From positions 3,038,001 to 3,102,000 of the forward strand of contig OZ024741.1 in the NCBI GenBank assembly GCA_964016885.1: a stretch of 64,000 nt of DNA. Reading direction: 5' to 3'. Shown piece after piece: positions 12,201 to 25,700 of this stretch. The position numbers were made by a program, and so were the translations under genes. Source of the DNA: Eledone cirrhosa (lineage: Eukaryota). How positions within the stretch are numbered: position 1 is the stretch's first letter; every line of letters starts with the position of its first letter. A model generated the notes under the pieces. The model had not been told where the DNA came from. It saw nothing but the letters and a program-made list of their open reading frames with translations, and ran no database searches.

Positions 12201-14229
12201 ACAGTTTCTTCTCTGAAGACCTTCTGCTGTCCAGCTCTCCTCACACTTTCTTCTCTGAAGACCTGCTGCTGTCCAGCTCTCCTCACAGTTTCTTCTCTGA
12301 AGACCTTCTGTTGTCCAGCTCTCCTCACAGTTTCTTATCTGAAGACCTTTTACTGTCCAGCTCTCGTCATCATTTCTTCTCTGCAGACCTTCTACTGTCC
12401 AGCTCTCCTCACACTTTCTTCTCTGAAGTCCTTCTTCTGTCCAGCTCTCCTCACAGTTTCTTCTCTGAAGACCTTCTACTGTCCAGCTCTCCTCACAGTT
12501 TCTTTTCTGAAGACCTTCTACTGTCCAGTTCTCCTCACACTTTCTTCTTTGAAGACCTTCTACTGTCCAGCTCTCCTCACAGTTTCTTCTCTGAAGACCT
12601 ACTGTCCAGCTCTCCTCACAGTTTCTTTTCTGAAGACCTTCTGCTGCCCAGCACTCCTCACAGTTTCTTCTCTGAACGCCTTCTACTGTCCAGCTCTCCT
12701 CACAGTTTCTTCTCTGAAGTCCTTCTTCTGTCCAGCTCTCCTCACACTTTCTTCTCTGAAGATCTTCTACTGTCCAGCTCTCCTCACACTTTCTTCTCTG
12801 AAGACCTTCTGCTCTCCAGCTCTCCTCACATTTTCTTCTCTGAAGACCTTCTACTGTCAAGCTCTCCTCACAGTTTCTTCTCTGAAGTTCTACTAATGTC
12901 CAGCTCTCCTCACATTTTCTACTCTGAAGACCTTCTGTTGTCCAGCTCTCCTCACAGATTCTTCTCTGAAGACATTCTACTGTCCAGCTCTCCTCACAGT
13001 TTCTTCTCTGAAGACCTTCTCCTGTCCAGCTCTCCTCACACTTTCTTCTCTGAAGACCTACTGCTGTCCAGCTCTCCTCACAGTTTCTTCTCTGAAGATC
13101 TTCTACTGTCCAGCTCTCCTCACAGTTTCTTCTGTGAAGACCTTCTACTGTCCAGCTCTCCTCATAATTTCTTCTCTGAAGACCTTCTGCTGTCCAGCTC
13201 TCCTCACAGTTTCTTCTCTGAAGACCTTCTACTATCTAGCTCTCCAGACACTTTCTTTTCTTAAGACCTTCTACTCTCCAGCTCTCCTCACAGTTTCTTC
13301 TCTGAAGACCTTCAACTGTCCAGCTCTGCTCACATTTTCTTCTCTGAAGACCTTCTACTGTCCAGCTCTCCTCACAGTTTCTTCTCTGACGTTCTACTAC
13401 TTTCCAGCTCTCCTCACAGTTTCTTCTCTGAAGACCTCCTGCTGACCAGCTCTCCTCACAGTTTCTTCTCTGAAGACCTTTTACTGTTCATCTCTCCTCA
13501 CAGTTTCTTGTCTGAAGACCTTCTGCTGTATAGCTCTCCTCACACTTTCTTCTCTGAAGACCTTATACTGTACAGCTCTCCTCACAGTTTCTTCTCTGAA
13601 GACCTTCTACTCTCCAGCTCCCCTCATCATTTCTTCTCTGAAGACCTTCTACTGTCCAGCTCTCCTCACAGTTTCTTCTCTGAAGAGCTTCTACTGTTCA
13701 GCTCCCCTGACAGTTTATTCTCTGAAGACCTTCTGTTGTCCAGCTCTCCTCACAGATTCTTCTCTGAAGAGATTCTACTGTCCAGCTCTCCTCACAGTTT
13801 CTTCTCTGAAGACCTTCTGCTGTCCAGCTCCCCTCACACTTTCTTCTCTGAAGACCTGCTGCTGTCCAGCTCTCCTCACAGTTTCTTCTTTGAAGATCTT
13901 CTACTGTCCAGCTCTCCTCACAGTTTCTTCTGTGAAGACATTCTACTGTCCAGCTCTCCTCATAATTTCTTCTCTGAAGACCTTCTGCTGTCCAGCTCTC
14001 CTCACAGTTTCTTCTCTGAAGACCTTCTACTGTCCAGCTCACCACACAGTTTCTTCTCTGAAGACCTTTTACTGTCCAGCTCTCGTCATCATTTCTTCTC
14101 TGCAGACCTTCTACTGTCCAGCTCTCCTCACACTTTCTTCTCTGAAGACCTTCTGTTGTCCAGCACTCCTCACAGATTCTTCTCTGAAGATCTTCTACTG
14201 TCCAGCTCTCCTCGCAGTTTCTTCTCTGA

Positions 14230-16230
14230 AGACCTTCTGCTGTCCAGCTCTCCTCACATTTTCTTCTCTGAAGACCTTCTACTGTCCAGCTCTCCTCACA
14301 GTTTCTTCTCTGAAGTTCTACTAATGTCTAGCTCTCCTCACATTTTCTACTCTGAAGACATTCTGTTGTCCAGCTCTCCTCACAGATTCTTCCCTGAAGA
14401 GATTCTACTGTCCAGCTCTCCTCACAGTTTCTTCTCTGAAGACCTTCTGCTGTCCAGCTCTCCTCACACTTTCTTCTCTGAAGACGTGCTGCTGTCCAGC
14501 TCTCCTCACAGTTTCTTCTCTGAAGACCTTCTACTGTCCAGCTCACCTCACAGTTTCTTCTCTGAAGACCTGCTGTTGTCCAGCTCTCCTCACAGTTTCT
14601 TCTCTGAAGACCTTTTACTGTCCCGCTCTCGTCATCATTTCTTCTCTGCAGACCTTCTACTGTCCAGCTCTCCTCACACTTTCTTCTCTGAAGACCTTCT
14701 GCTGTCCAGCTCTCCTCACATTTTCTTCTCTGAAGACCATCTACTGTCCAGCACTCCTCACAGTTTCTTCTCTGAAGTTCTACTAATATCCATCTCTCCT
14801 CACATTTTCTACTCTGAAGACCTTCTGTTGTCCAGCTCTCCTCACATTTTCTTCTCTGTAGATTTTCGACTGTCCAGTACTCCTCACACTTTCTTCTCTG
14901 AAGACCTTCTACTGTCCAGCTCTACTCACAGATTCTTCTCTGAAGACCTTCTACTGTCCAGCTCTCCTCACAATTTCTTCTCTGAAGACCTTCTACTGTC
15001 CAGCTATCCTCACAGTTTCTTTTCTGAAGCCCTTCTACTGTCCAGCTCTCCTCACAGTTTCTTTACTGAAGACCTTCTACTGTCCAGTTCCCCTCACACT
15101 TTGCTCTTTGAAGACCTTCTTCTGTCCAGCTCTCCTCACAGTTTCTTCTCTGAAGACCTTCTACTGTCCAGCTCTCCTCACAGTTTCTTCTCTGAATAGG
15201 TTCTACTGTTCAGCTCCCCTCACAGTTTATTCTCTGAAGATCTTCTACTGTCCAGTTCTCCTCACACTTTCTTCTCTGAAGATCTTCCACTGTCCAGATC
15301 TCCTCACACTTTCTTCACTGAAGACCTTCTGCTGTCCAGCTCTCCTCACATTTTCTTCTCTGAAGACCTTCTACTGTCCAGCTCTCCTCACAGTTTCTTC
15401 TCTGAAGTTCTACTAATGTCTAGCTCTCCTCACATTTTCTACTCTGAAGACATTCTGTTGTCCAGCTCTCCTCACAGATTCTTCTCTGAAGAGATTCTAC
15501 TGTCCAGCTCTCCTCACAGTTTCTTCTCTGAAGACCTTCTGCTGTCCAGCTCTCCTCACACTTTCTTCTCTGAAGACGTGCTGCTGTCCAGCTCTCCTCA
15601 CAGTTTCTTCTCTGAAGACCTTCTACTGTCCAGCTCACCTCACAGTTTCTTCTCTGAAGACCTTCTATTGTCCAGCTCTCCTCACAGTTTCTTCTCTGAA
15701 GACCTTTTACTGTCCCGCTCTCGTCATCATTTCTTCTCTGCAGACCTTCTACTGTCCAGCTCTCCTCACACTTTCTTCTCTGAAGACCTTCTGCTGTCCA
15801 GCTCTCCTCACATTTTCTTCTCTGAAGACCTTCTACTGTCCTGCTCTCCTCACAGTTTCTTCTCTGAAGTTCTACTAATGTCCATCTCTCCTCACATTTT
15901 CTACCCTGAAGACCTTCTGTTGTCCAGCTCTCCTCACATTTTCTTCTCTGTAGATTTTCGACTGTCCAGTTCTCCTCACACTTTCTTCTCTGAAGACCTT
16001 CTACTGTCCAGCTCTCCTCACAGATTCTTCTCTGAAGACCTTCTACTGTCCAGCTATCCTCACAGTTTCTTTTCTGAAGCCCTTCTACTGTCCAGCTCTC
16101 CTCACAGTTTCTTTTCTGAAGACCTTCTACTGTCCAGTTCTCCTCACACTTTCTTTTTTGAAGACCCTCTTCTGTCCAGCTCTCCTCACAGTTTCTTCTC
16201 TGAATAGCCTCTACTGTTCAGCTCCCCTCA
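14230..16230. repeat. Tandem duplication, period ~1092 bp (26 monomers)
   Basis: Minus ORFs 14328..14546 and 15420..15638 are nearly identical. Shared variants aatgtctagc, gacgtgctg, tcccgctctcgt, agctatcc and gaatag. Confidence 0.85.
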
Positions 16231-19200
16231 CATTTTCTACTCTGAAGACCTTCTGTTGTCCAGCTCTCCTCACATTTTCTTCTCTGTAGATTTTCGACTG
16301 TCCAGTTCTCCTCACACTTTCTTCTCTGAAGACCTACTGCTGTCCAGCTCTCCTCACATTTTCTTCTATGAAGACCTTCTACTGTCCAGCTCTCCTCACA
16401 GTTTCTTCTCTGAAGACATTCTACTGTCTAGCTCTCCAGACACTTTCTTCTCTTAAGACCTTCTACTCTCCAGCTCTCCTCACAGTTTCTTCTCTGAAGA
16501 CCTTCTACTGTCCAGCTCTCCTCATGATTTCTCCTCTGAAGAGATTCTACTGTCCAGCTCTCCTCACAGTTTCTTTTCTGAAATTCTACTACTTTCCAGC
16601 TCTCCTCACAGTTTCTTCTCTGAAGTCCTTCTACTGTTCATCTCTCCTCACACTTTCTTCTCTGAAGACCTTCTACTGTACAGCTCCCCTCACAGTTTCT
16701 TCTCTGAAGACCTTCTACTCTCCAGCTCCCCTCATCATTTCTTCTCTGAAGACATTCTACTGTCCAGCTCTCCTCACAGTTTCTTCTCTGAAGACCTTCT
16801 ACTGTCCAGCTCTGCTAACAGTTTCTTCTCTGAAGACCTTCTTCTGTCCAGCTCTCCTCACACTTTCTTCACTGAAGACTTTCTACTGTACAGCTCTCCT
16901 CACAGTTTCTTCTGTGAAGATCTTCTTCTGTCCAGCTCTCCTCAATATTTCTTCTTTGAAGCCCTTCTACTGTCCAGCTCTCCTCACAGTTTCTTCTGTG
17001 AAGACCTTCTACTGTCCAGCTCTCCTCATAATTTCTTCTCTGAAGACCTTCTGCTGTCCAGCTCTCCTCACAGTTTCTTCTCTGAAGACCTTCTACTATC
17101 TAGCTCTCCAGACACTTTCTTTTTTAAGACCTTCTACTCTCCAGCTCTCCTCACAGTTTCTTCTCTGAAGACCTTCAACTGTCCAGCTCTGCTCACATTT
17201 TCTTCTCTGAAGACCTTCTACTGTCCAGCTCTCCTCACAGTTTCTTCTCTGACGTTCTACTACTTTCCAGCTCTCCTCACAGTTTCTTCTCTGAAGACCT
17301 CCTGCTGACCAGCTCTCCTCACAGTTTCTTCTCTGAAGTACTTTTACTGTTCATCTCTCCTCACAGTTTCTTGTCTGAAGACCTTCTGCTGTATAGCTCT
17401 CCTCACACTTTCTTCTCTGAAGACCTTCTACTGTACAGCTCTCCTCACAGTTTCTTCTCTGAAGACCTTCTACTCTCCAGCTCCCCTCATCATTTCTTCT
17501 CTGAAGACCTTCTACTGTCCAGCTCTCCTCACAGTTTCTTCTCTGAAGAGCTTCTACTGTTCAGCTCCCCTGACAGTTTATTCTCTGAAGATCTTCTACT
17601 GTCCAGTTCTCCTCACACTTTCTTCTCTGAAGATCTTCTACTGTCCAGCTCTCCTCACACTTTCTTCTCTGAAGACCTTCTGCTGTCCAGCTCTCCTCAC
17701 AGTTTCTTCTCTGAAGTTCTACTAATGTCCAGCTCTCCTCACATTTTCTACTCTGAAGACCTTCTGTTGTCCAGCTCTCCTCACAGATTCTTCTCTGAAG
17801 AGATTCTACTGTCCAGCTCTCCTCACAGTTTCTTCTCTGAAGACCTTCTGCTGTCCAGCTCCCCTCACACTTTCTTCTCTGAAGACCTGCTGCTGTCCAG
17901 CTCTCCTCACAGTTTCTTCTGTGAAGACATTCTACTGTCCAGCTCTCCTCATAATTTCTTCTCTGAAGACCTTCTGCTGTCCAGCTCTCCTCACAGTTTC
18001 CTCTCTGAAGACCTTCTACTGTCCAGCTCACCTCACAGTTTCTTCTCTGAAGACATTTTACTGTCCAGCTCTCGTCATCATTTCTTCTCTGCAGACCTTC
18101 TACTGTCCAGCTCTCCTCACACTTTCTTCTCTGAAGACCTTCTGTTGTCCAGCACTCCTCACAGATTCTTCTCTGAAGACCTTCTACTGTCCAGCTCTCC
18201 TCACAGTTTCTTCTCTGAAGATCTTCTACTGTCCAGCTCTCCTCGCAGTTTCTTCTCTGAAGACCTTCTGCTGTCCAGCTCTCCTCACATTTTCTTCTCT
18301 GAAGACCTTCTACTGTCCAGCTCTCCTCACAGTTTCTTCTCTGAAGTTCTACTAATGTCCATCTCTCCTCACATTTTCTACTCTGAAGACCTTCTGTTGT
18401 CCAGCTCTCCTCACATTTTCTTCTCTGTAGATTTTCGACTGTCCAGTTCTCCTCACACTTTCTTCTCTGAAGACCTTCTACTGTCCAGCTCTCCTCACAA
18501 TTTCTTCTCTGAAGACCTTCTACTGTCCAGCTATCCTCACAGTTTCTTTTCTGAAGCCCTTCTACTGTCCAGCTCTCCTCACAGTTTCTTTTCTGAAGAC
18601 CTTCTACTGTCCAGTTCTCCTCACACTTTCTTCTTTGAAGACCTTCTTCTGTCCAGCTCTCCTCACAGTTTCTTCTCTGAAGACCTTCTACTGTCTAGCT
18701 CTCCTCACAGTTTCTTCTCTGAATAGCTTCTACTGTTCAGCTCCCCTCACAGTTTATTCTCTGAAAATTTTCTACTGTCCAGTTCTCCTCACACTTTCTT
18801 CTCTGAAGATCTTCCACTGTCCAGCTCTCCTCACATTTTCTTCTCTGAAGACAATCTACTGTCTAGCTCTCCAGACACTTTCTTCTCTTAAGACCTTCTA
18901 CTCTCCAGCTCTCCTCACAGATTCTTCTCTGAAGACATTCTACTGTCCAGCTCTCCTCACAGTTTCTTCTCTGAAGACCTTCTCCGGTCCAGCTCTCCTC
19001 ACACTTTCTTCTCTGAAGACCTACTGCTGTCCAGCTCTCCTCACATTTTCTTCTCTGAAGACCTTCTACTGTCCAGCTCTCCTCACAGTTTCTTCTCTGA
19101 AGTTCTACTAATGTCCATCTCTCCTCACATTTTCTACTCTGAAGACCTTCTGTTGTCCAGCTCTCCTCACATTTTCTTCTCTGTAGATTTTCGACTGTCC

Positions 19201-22200
19201 AGTTCTCCTCACACATTCTTCTCTGAAGACCTTCTACTGTCCAGCTCTCCTCACAGTTTCTTTTCTGAAGACCTTCTACTGTCCAGTTCTCCTCACACTT
19301 TCTTCTTTGAAGACCTTCTTCTGTCCAGCTCTCCTCACAGTTTCTTCTCTGAAGACCTTCTACTGTCCAGCTCTCCTCACATTTTCTACTCTGAAGACCT
19401 TCTGTTGTCCAGCTCTCCTCACATTTTCTTCTCTGTAGATTTTCGACTGTCCAGTTCTCCTCACACTTTCTTCTCTGAAGACCTACTGCTGTCCAGCTCT
19501 CCTCACATTTTCTTCTCTGAAGACATTCTACTGTCTAGCTCTCCAGACACTTTCTTCTCTTAAGACCTTCTACTCTCCAGCTCTCCTCACAGTTTCTTCT
19601 CTGAAGACCTTCTACTGTCCAGCTCTCCTCATCATTTCTTCTCTGAAGACCTTCTACTGTCCAGCTCTCCTCACAATTTCTTCTCTGAAGAGATTCTACT
19701 GTCCAGCTCTCCTCACACTTTCTTTTCTGAAATTCTACTACTTTCCAGCTCTCCTCACAGTTTCTTCTCTGAAGACCTCCTGCTGACCAGCTCTCCTCAC
19801 AGTTTCTTCTCTGAAGTCCTTCTACTGTTCATCTCTCCTCACACTTTCTTCTCTGAAAACCTTCTACTGTACAGCTCCCCTCACAGTTTCTTCTCTGAAG
19901 ACCTTCTACTCTCCAGCTCCCCTCATCATTTCTTCTCTGAAGACATTCTACTGTCCAGCTCTCCTCACAGTTTCTTCTCTGAAGACCTTCTACTGTCCAG
20001 CTCTGCTAACAGTTTCTTCTCTGAAGACCTTCTTCTGTCCAGCTCTCCTCACACTTTCTTCACTGAAGACTTTCTACTGTACAGCTCTCCTCACAGTTTC
20101 TTCTCTGAAGATCTTCTTCTGTCCAGCTCTCCTCAATATTTCTTCTTTGAAGCCCTTCTACTGTCCAGCTCTCCTCACAGTTTCTTCTCTGAAGAGCTTC
20201 TACTGTTCAGCTCCCCTCACAGTTTATTATCTAAAGATCTACTGTCCAGCTCGCCTGGCAGTTTCTTCTCTGAAGAGCTTCCACTGTCCAGCTCTCCTGA
20301 CAGTTTCTTCTCTGAACACCTTCTACTGTCCAGCTCTCTTCACAGTTTCTTCTCTGAAGACCTTCTGTTGTCCAGCCCTCCTCACAGTTTCTTCTCTGTA
20401 GATCTTCTACTGTCCAGTTCTCCTCACACTTTCTTCTCTGAAGACCTTCTACTGTCCAGCTCTTCTAACAGATTCTTCTCTGAAGACCTACTACTGTCCA
20501 GCTCTCCTCACAGTTTCTTCTCTGAAGCCCTTCTACTGTCCAGCTCTCCTCACAGATTCTTCCCTGAAAACCTTCTACTGTTCATCTCTCCTCACAGTTA
20601 CTTTTCTGAAGACCTTCTACTGTCCAGCTCTCCTCACAGTTTCTTCTCTGAAGACCTCCTGCTGAGCAGCTGTCCTCACAGTTTCTTCTCTGAAGACCTT
20701 CTTCTGTCCAGCTCTCCTCACAGTTTCTTCTCTGAAGAGATTCTACCGTCCAGCTCTCCTCACACTTTCTTTTCTGAAATTCTACTACTTTCCAGCTCTC
20801 CTCACAGTTTCTTCTCTGAAGACCTTCTACTGTACAGCTCTCCTCACAGTTTCTTCTCTGAAGTCCTTCTACTGTTCATCTCTCCTCACAGTTTCTTCTC
20901 TGAAGATTTTCTACTGTACAGCTCTCCTCACAGTTTCTTACTGAAGACCTTCTACTGTCCAGCTCTCCTCACAGTTTCTTCTCTGAAGAACTTCCACTGT
21001 CCAGCTCTCCTCACAGGTTCTTCTCTGAAAACCTTCTACTGTTCATCTCTCCTCACAGTTACTTTTCTGAAGACCTTCTACTGTCCAGCTCCTCTCACAG
21101 TTTCTTCTCTGAAGTTCTACTACTGTCCAGCTCTCCTCACAGTTTCTTGTCTGAAGACCTTCTGCTGTATAGCTCTTCTCACAGTTTCTTCTCTGAAGAC
21201 CTTCTACTGTCCAGCTCTCCTCACAGTTTCTTCTCTGAATACCTTCTGTTGTCCAGCTCTCCTCACAGTTTCTTCTCTGAAGACCTTCTACTATCCAGCT
21301 CTGGTCATCATTTCTTCTCTGCAGACCTTCTACTGTCCAGCTCTCCTCACAGTTTCTTCTCTGTAGATTTTCGACTGTCCAGCTCTCCTCACAGTTTCTT
21401 CTCTGAAGACCTTCTAGTGTCCAGCTCTCCTCACAGTTTCTTTTCTGAAGATCTTCTACTGTCCAGTTCTCCTCACACTTTCTTCTTTGAAGACCTTCTA
21501 CTGTCCAGCTCTCCTCTCAGTTTCTTCTCTAAAGACCTACTGTCCAGCTCTCCTCACAGTTTCTTTTCTGAAGACCTTCTGCTGCCCACCACTCCTCACA
21601 GTTTCTTCTCTGAACACCTTCTACTGTCCAGCTCTCCTCACAGTTTCTTCTCTGAAGTCCTTCTTCTGTCCAGCTCTCCTCACAGTTTCTTCTCTGAAGA
21701 GCTTCTACTGATCAGCTCTCCTCACAGTTTGTTCTCTGTAGATCTTCTACTGTCCAGTTCTCCTCACACTTTCTTCTCTGAAGATCTTCTACTGTCCAGC
21801 TCTCCTCACACTTTCTTCTCTGAAGACGTTCTGCTGTCCAGCTCTCCTCACATTTTCTTCTCTGAAGACCTTCTACTGTCCATCTCTCCTCACAGTTTCT
21901 TCTCTGAAGTTCTACTACTGTCCAGCTCTCCTCACACTTTCTTCTCTGAAGACGTTCTGCTGTCCAGCTCTCCTCACAGTTTCTTCTCTGAAGATCTTCT
22001 ACTGTCCAGCTCTCCTCACAGTTTCTTCTGTGAAGACCTTCTACTGTCCAGCTCTCCTCATAATTTCTTCTCTGAAGACCTTCTGCTGTCCAGCTCTCCT
22101 CACAGTTTCTTCTCTGAAGACCTTCTACTATCTAGCTCTCCAGACACTTTCTTCTCTTAAGACCTTCTACTCTCCAGCTCTCCTCACAGTTTCTTCTCTG

Positions 22201-22799
22201 AAGACCTTCTACTGTCCAGCTCTCCTCACAGTTTCTTCTCTGAAGACCTTCTACTGTCCAGCTCTCCTCACAGTTTCGTCCCTGAAGAGATTCTACTCTC
22301 CAGTTCTCCTCACAGTTTCTTCTCTGAAGTTCTACTACTTTCCAGCTCTCCTCACAGTTTCTTCTCTGAAGACCTCCTTCTGACCAGCTCTCCTCACAGT
22401 TTCTTCTCTGAAGTCCTTTTACTGTTCTTCTCTCCTCACAGTTTCTTGTCTGAAGACCCTCTGCTGTATAGCTCTCCTCACACTTTCTTCTCTGAAGACC
22501 TTCTACTGTACAGCTCTCCTCACAGTTTCTTACTGAAGACCTTCTACTGTCCAGCTCTCCTCACAGTTTCTTCTCTGAATACCTTCTGTTGTCCAGCTCT
22601 CCTCACAGTTTCTTCTCTGAAGACCTTCTACTGTCCAGCTCCCGTCATCATTTCTTCTCTGCAGACCTTCTACTGTCCAGCTCTCCTCACAGTTTCTTCT
22701 CTGTAGATTTTCGACTGTCCAGTTCTCCTCACACTTTCTTCGCTGAAGACCTTCTACTGTCCAGCTCTCCTCACAGTTTCTTCTCTGAAGACCTTCTAC

Positions 22800-25700
22800 T
22801 GTCCAGCTCTCGTCACAGTTTCTTTTCTGAAGCCCTTCTACTGTCCAGCTCTCCTCACAGATTCTTTTCTGAAGACCTTCTACTGTCCAGTTCTCCTCAC
22901 ACTTTCTTCTTTGAAGACCTTCTACTGTCCAGCTCTCCTCACAGTTTCTTCTCTGAAGAGCTTCTACTGTTCAGCTCCCCTCACAGTTTATTCTATGTAG
23001 ATCTTCTACTGTCCAGTTCTACTCACACTTTCTTCTCTGAAGATCTTCTACTGTCCAGCTCTCCTCACACTTTCTTCTCTGAAGACCTTCTGCTGTCCAG
23101 CTCTCCTCACATTTTCTTCTCTGAAGACCTTCTACTGTCCAGATCTCCTCACAGTTTCTTCTCTGAAGTTCTACTACTGTCCAGCTCTCCTCACATTTTC
23201 TGCACTGAAGACCTTCTGTTGTCCAGCTCTCCTCACAGATTCTTCTCTGAAGACATTCTCCTGTCCAGCTCTCCTCACAGCTTCTTCTCTGAAGACCTTC
23301 TCCTGTCCAGCTCTCCTCACACTTTCCTCTCTGAAGATCTTCTACTGTCCAGCTCTCCTCACAGTTTCTTCTGTGAAGACCTTCTACTGTCCAGCTCTCC
23401 TCATAATTTCTTCTCTGAAGACCTTCTGCTGTCCAGCTCTCGTCACAGTTTCTTCTCTGAAGACCTTCTACTGTCTAGCTCTCCAGACAGTTTCTTCTCT
23501 TAAGACCTTCTACTCTCCAGCTCTCCTCACAGTTTCTTCTCTGAAGACCTTCTACTGTCCAGCTATCCTCACAGTTTCTTCTCTGAAGACCTTCTACTGT
23601 CCAGCTCTCCTCACAGTTTCGTCTCTGAAGAGATTCTACTGTCCAGTTCTCCTCACAGTTTCTTCACTGACGTTCTACTACTTTCCAGCTCTCCTCACAG
23701 TTTCTTCTCTGAAGACCTCCTGCTGACCAGCTCTCCTCACAGTTTCTTCTCTGAAGTCCTTTTACTGTTCATCTCTCCTCACAGTTTCTTGTCTGAAGAC
23801 CTTCTGCTGTATAGCTCTCCTCACACTTTCTTCTCAGAAGACCTTCTACTGTACAGCTCTCCTCACAGTTTCTTCTCTGAAGACCGTCTACTCTCCAGCT
23901 CCCCTCATCATTTCTTCTCTGAAGACCTTCTACTGTCCAGCTCTCCTCACAGTTTCTTCTCTGAAGATCTTCTACTGTCCAGCTCTCCTCACACTTTCTT
24001 CTCTGAAGACCTTCTGCTGTCCAGCTCTCCTCACATTTTCTTCTCTGAAGACCTTCTACTGTCCAGCTCTCCTCACAGTTTCTTCTGTGAAGACATTCTA
24101 CTGTCCAGCTCTCCTCATAATTTCTTATCTGAAGAGCTTCTGCTGTCCTGCTCTCCTCACAGTTTCTTCTCTGAAGACCTTCTACTGTCCAGCTCACCTC
24201 ACAGTTACTTCTCTGAAGACCTTCTGTTGTCCAGCTCTCCTCACAGTATCTCCTCTGAAGACCTTTTACTGTCCAGCTCTCGTCATCATTTCTTCTCTGC
24301 AGACCTTCTACTGTCCAGCTCTCCTCACACTTTCTCCTCTGAAGACCTTCTGTTGTCCAGCTCTCCTCACAGATTCTTCTCTGAACGCCTTCTACTGTCC
24401 AGCTCTCCTCACAGTTTCTTCTCTGAAGTCCTTCTTCTGTCCAGCTCTCCTCACAGTTTCTTTTCTGAAGCCCTTCTACTGTCCAGCTCTCCTCACATTT
24501 TCTTTTCTGAAGACCTTCTACTGTCCAGTTCTCCTCACACTTTCTTCTCTGAAGACCTTCTGCTGTCCAGCTCTCCACACATTTTCTACTCTGAAGACCT
24601 TCTGTTGTCCAGCTCTCCTCACATTTTCTTCTCTGTAGATTTTCGACTGTCCAGTTCTCCTCACACTTTCTTCTCTGAAGACCTACTGCTGTCCAGCTCT
24701 CCTCACATTTTCTTCTCTGAAGACCTTCTACTGTCCAGCTCTCCTCACAGTTTCTTCTCTGAAGACATTCTACTGTCTAGCTCTCCAGACACTTTCTTCT
24801 CTTAAGACCTTCTACTCTCCAGCTCTCCTCACAGTTTCTTCTCTGAAGACCTTCTACTGTCCAGCTCTCCTCACAGTTTCTTCTCTGAAGACCTTCTACT
24901 GTCCAGCTCTCCTCACTGTTTCTTCTCTGAAGACCTTCTACTGTTCAGCTCCCCTCACAGTTTATTCTCTGAAGATCTTCTACTGTCCAGTTCTCCTCAC
25001 ACTTTCTTCTCTTAAGACCTTCTACTCTCCAGCTATCCTCACAGTTTCTTCTCTGAAGATCTTCTACTGTCCAGTTCTCCTCACAATTTCTTCTCTGAAG
25101 ACCTTCTGCTGTCCAGTTCTCCTCACATTTTCTTCTCTGAAGACCTTCTACTGTCCAGCTCTCCTCACAGTTTCTTCTCTGAAGTTCTACTACTGTCCAG
25201 CTCTCCTCACATTTTCTGCTCTGAAGACCTTCTGTTGTCCAGCTCTCCTCACAGATTCTTCTCTGAAGACATTCTACTGTCCAGCTCTCCTCATAATTTC
25301 TTCTCTAAAGACCTTCTCCTGTCCAGCTCTCCTCACACTTTCTTCCTCTGAAGTTCTACTGCTGTCCAGCTCTCCTCAAATTTTCTTCTTTGAAGACCTT
25401 CTACTGTCCAGCTCTCCTCACAGTTTCTTCTCTGAATACCTTCTGTTGTCCAGCTCTCCTCACAGTTTCTTCTCTGAAGACCTTCTACTGTCCAGCTCTC
25501 CTGACAGTTTCTTCTCTGAAGACCTTCTACTGTCCAGCTCTCCTCACAGTTTCTTCTCTGAATACCTTCTGTTGTCCATCTCTCCTCACAGTTTCTTCTC
25601 TGAAGACCTTCTACTGTCCAGCTCTCCTCACAGTTTCTTCTCTGAAGACCTTCTACTGTCCAGCTCTCGTCATCATTTCTTCTCTGCAGACCTTCTACTG

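Noticed and set aside
12099-12860. C2H2 zinc-finger array (84 bp = 2x42; minus-strand KCEES/NCEEC resembles KCEEC)
   Set aside because: No CxxC...HxxxH pattern and no TGEKP linker. The period is 14 aa, not 28, and frequent TGG->TAG/TGA stops break the frame.
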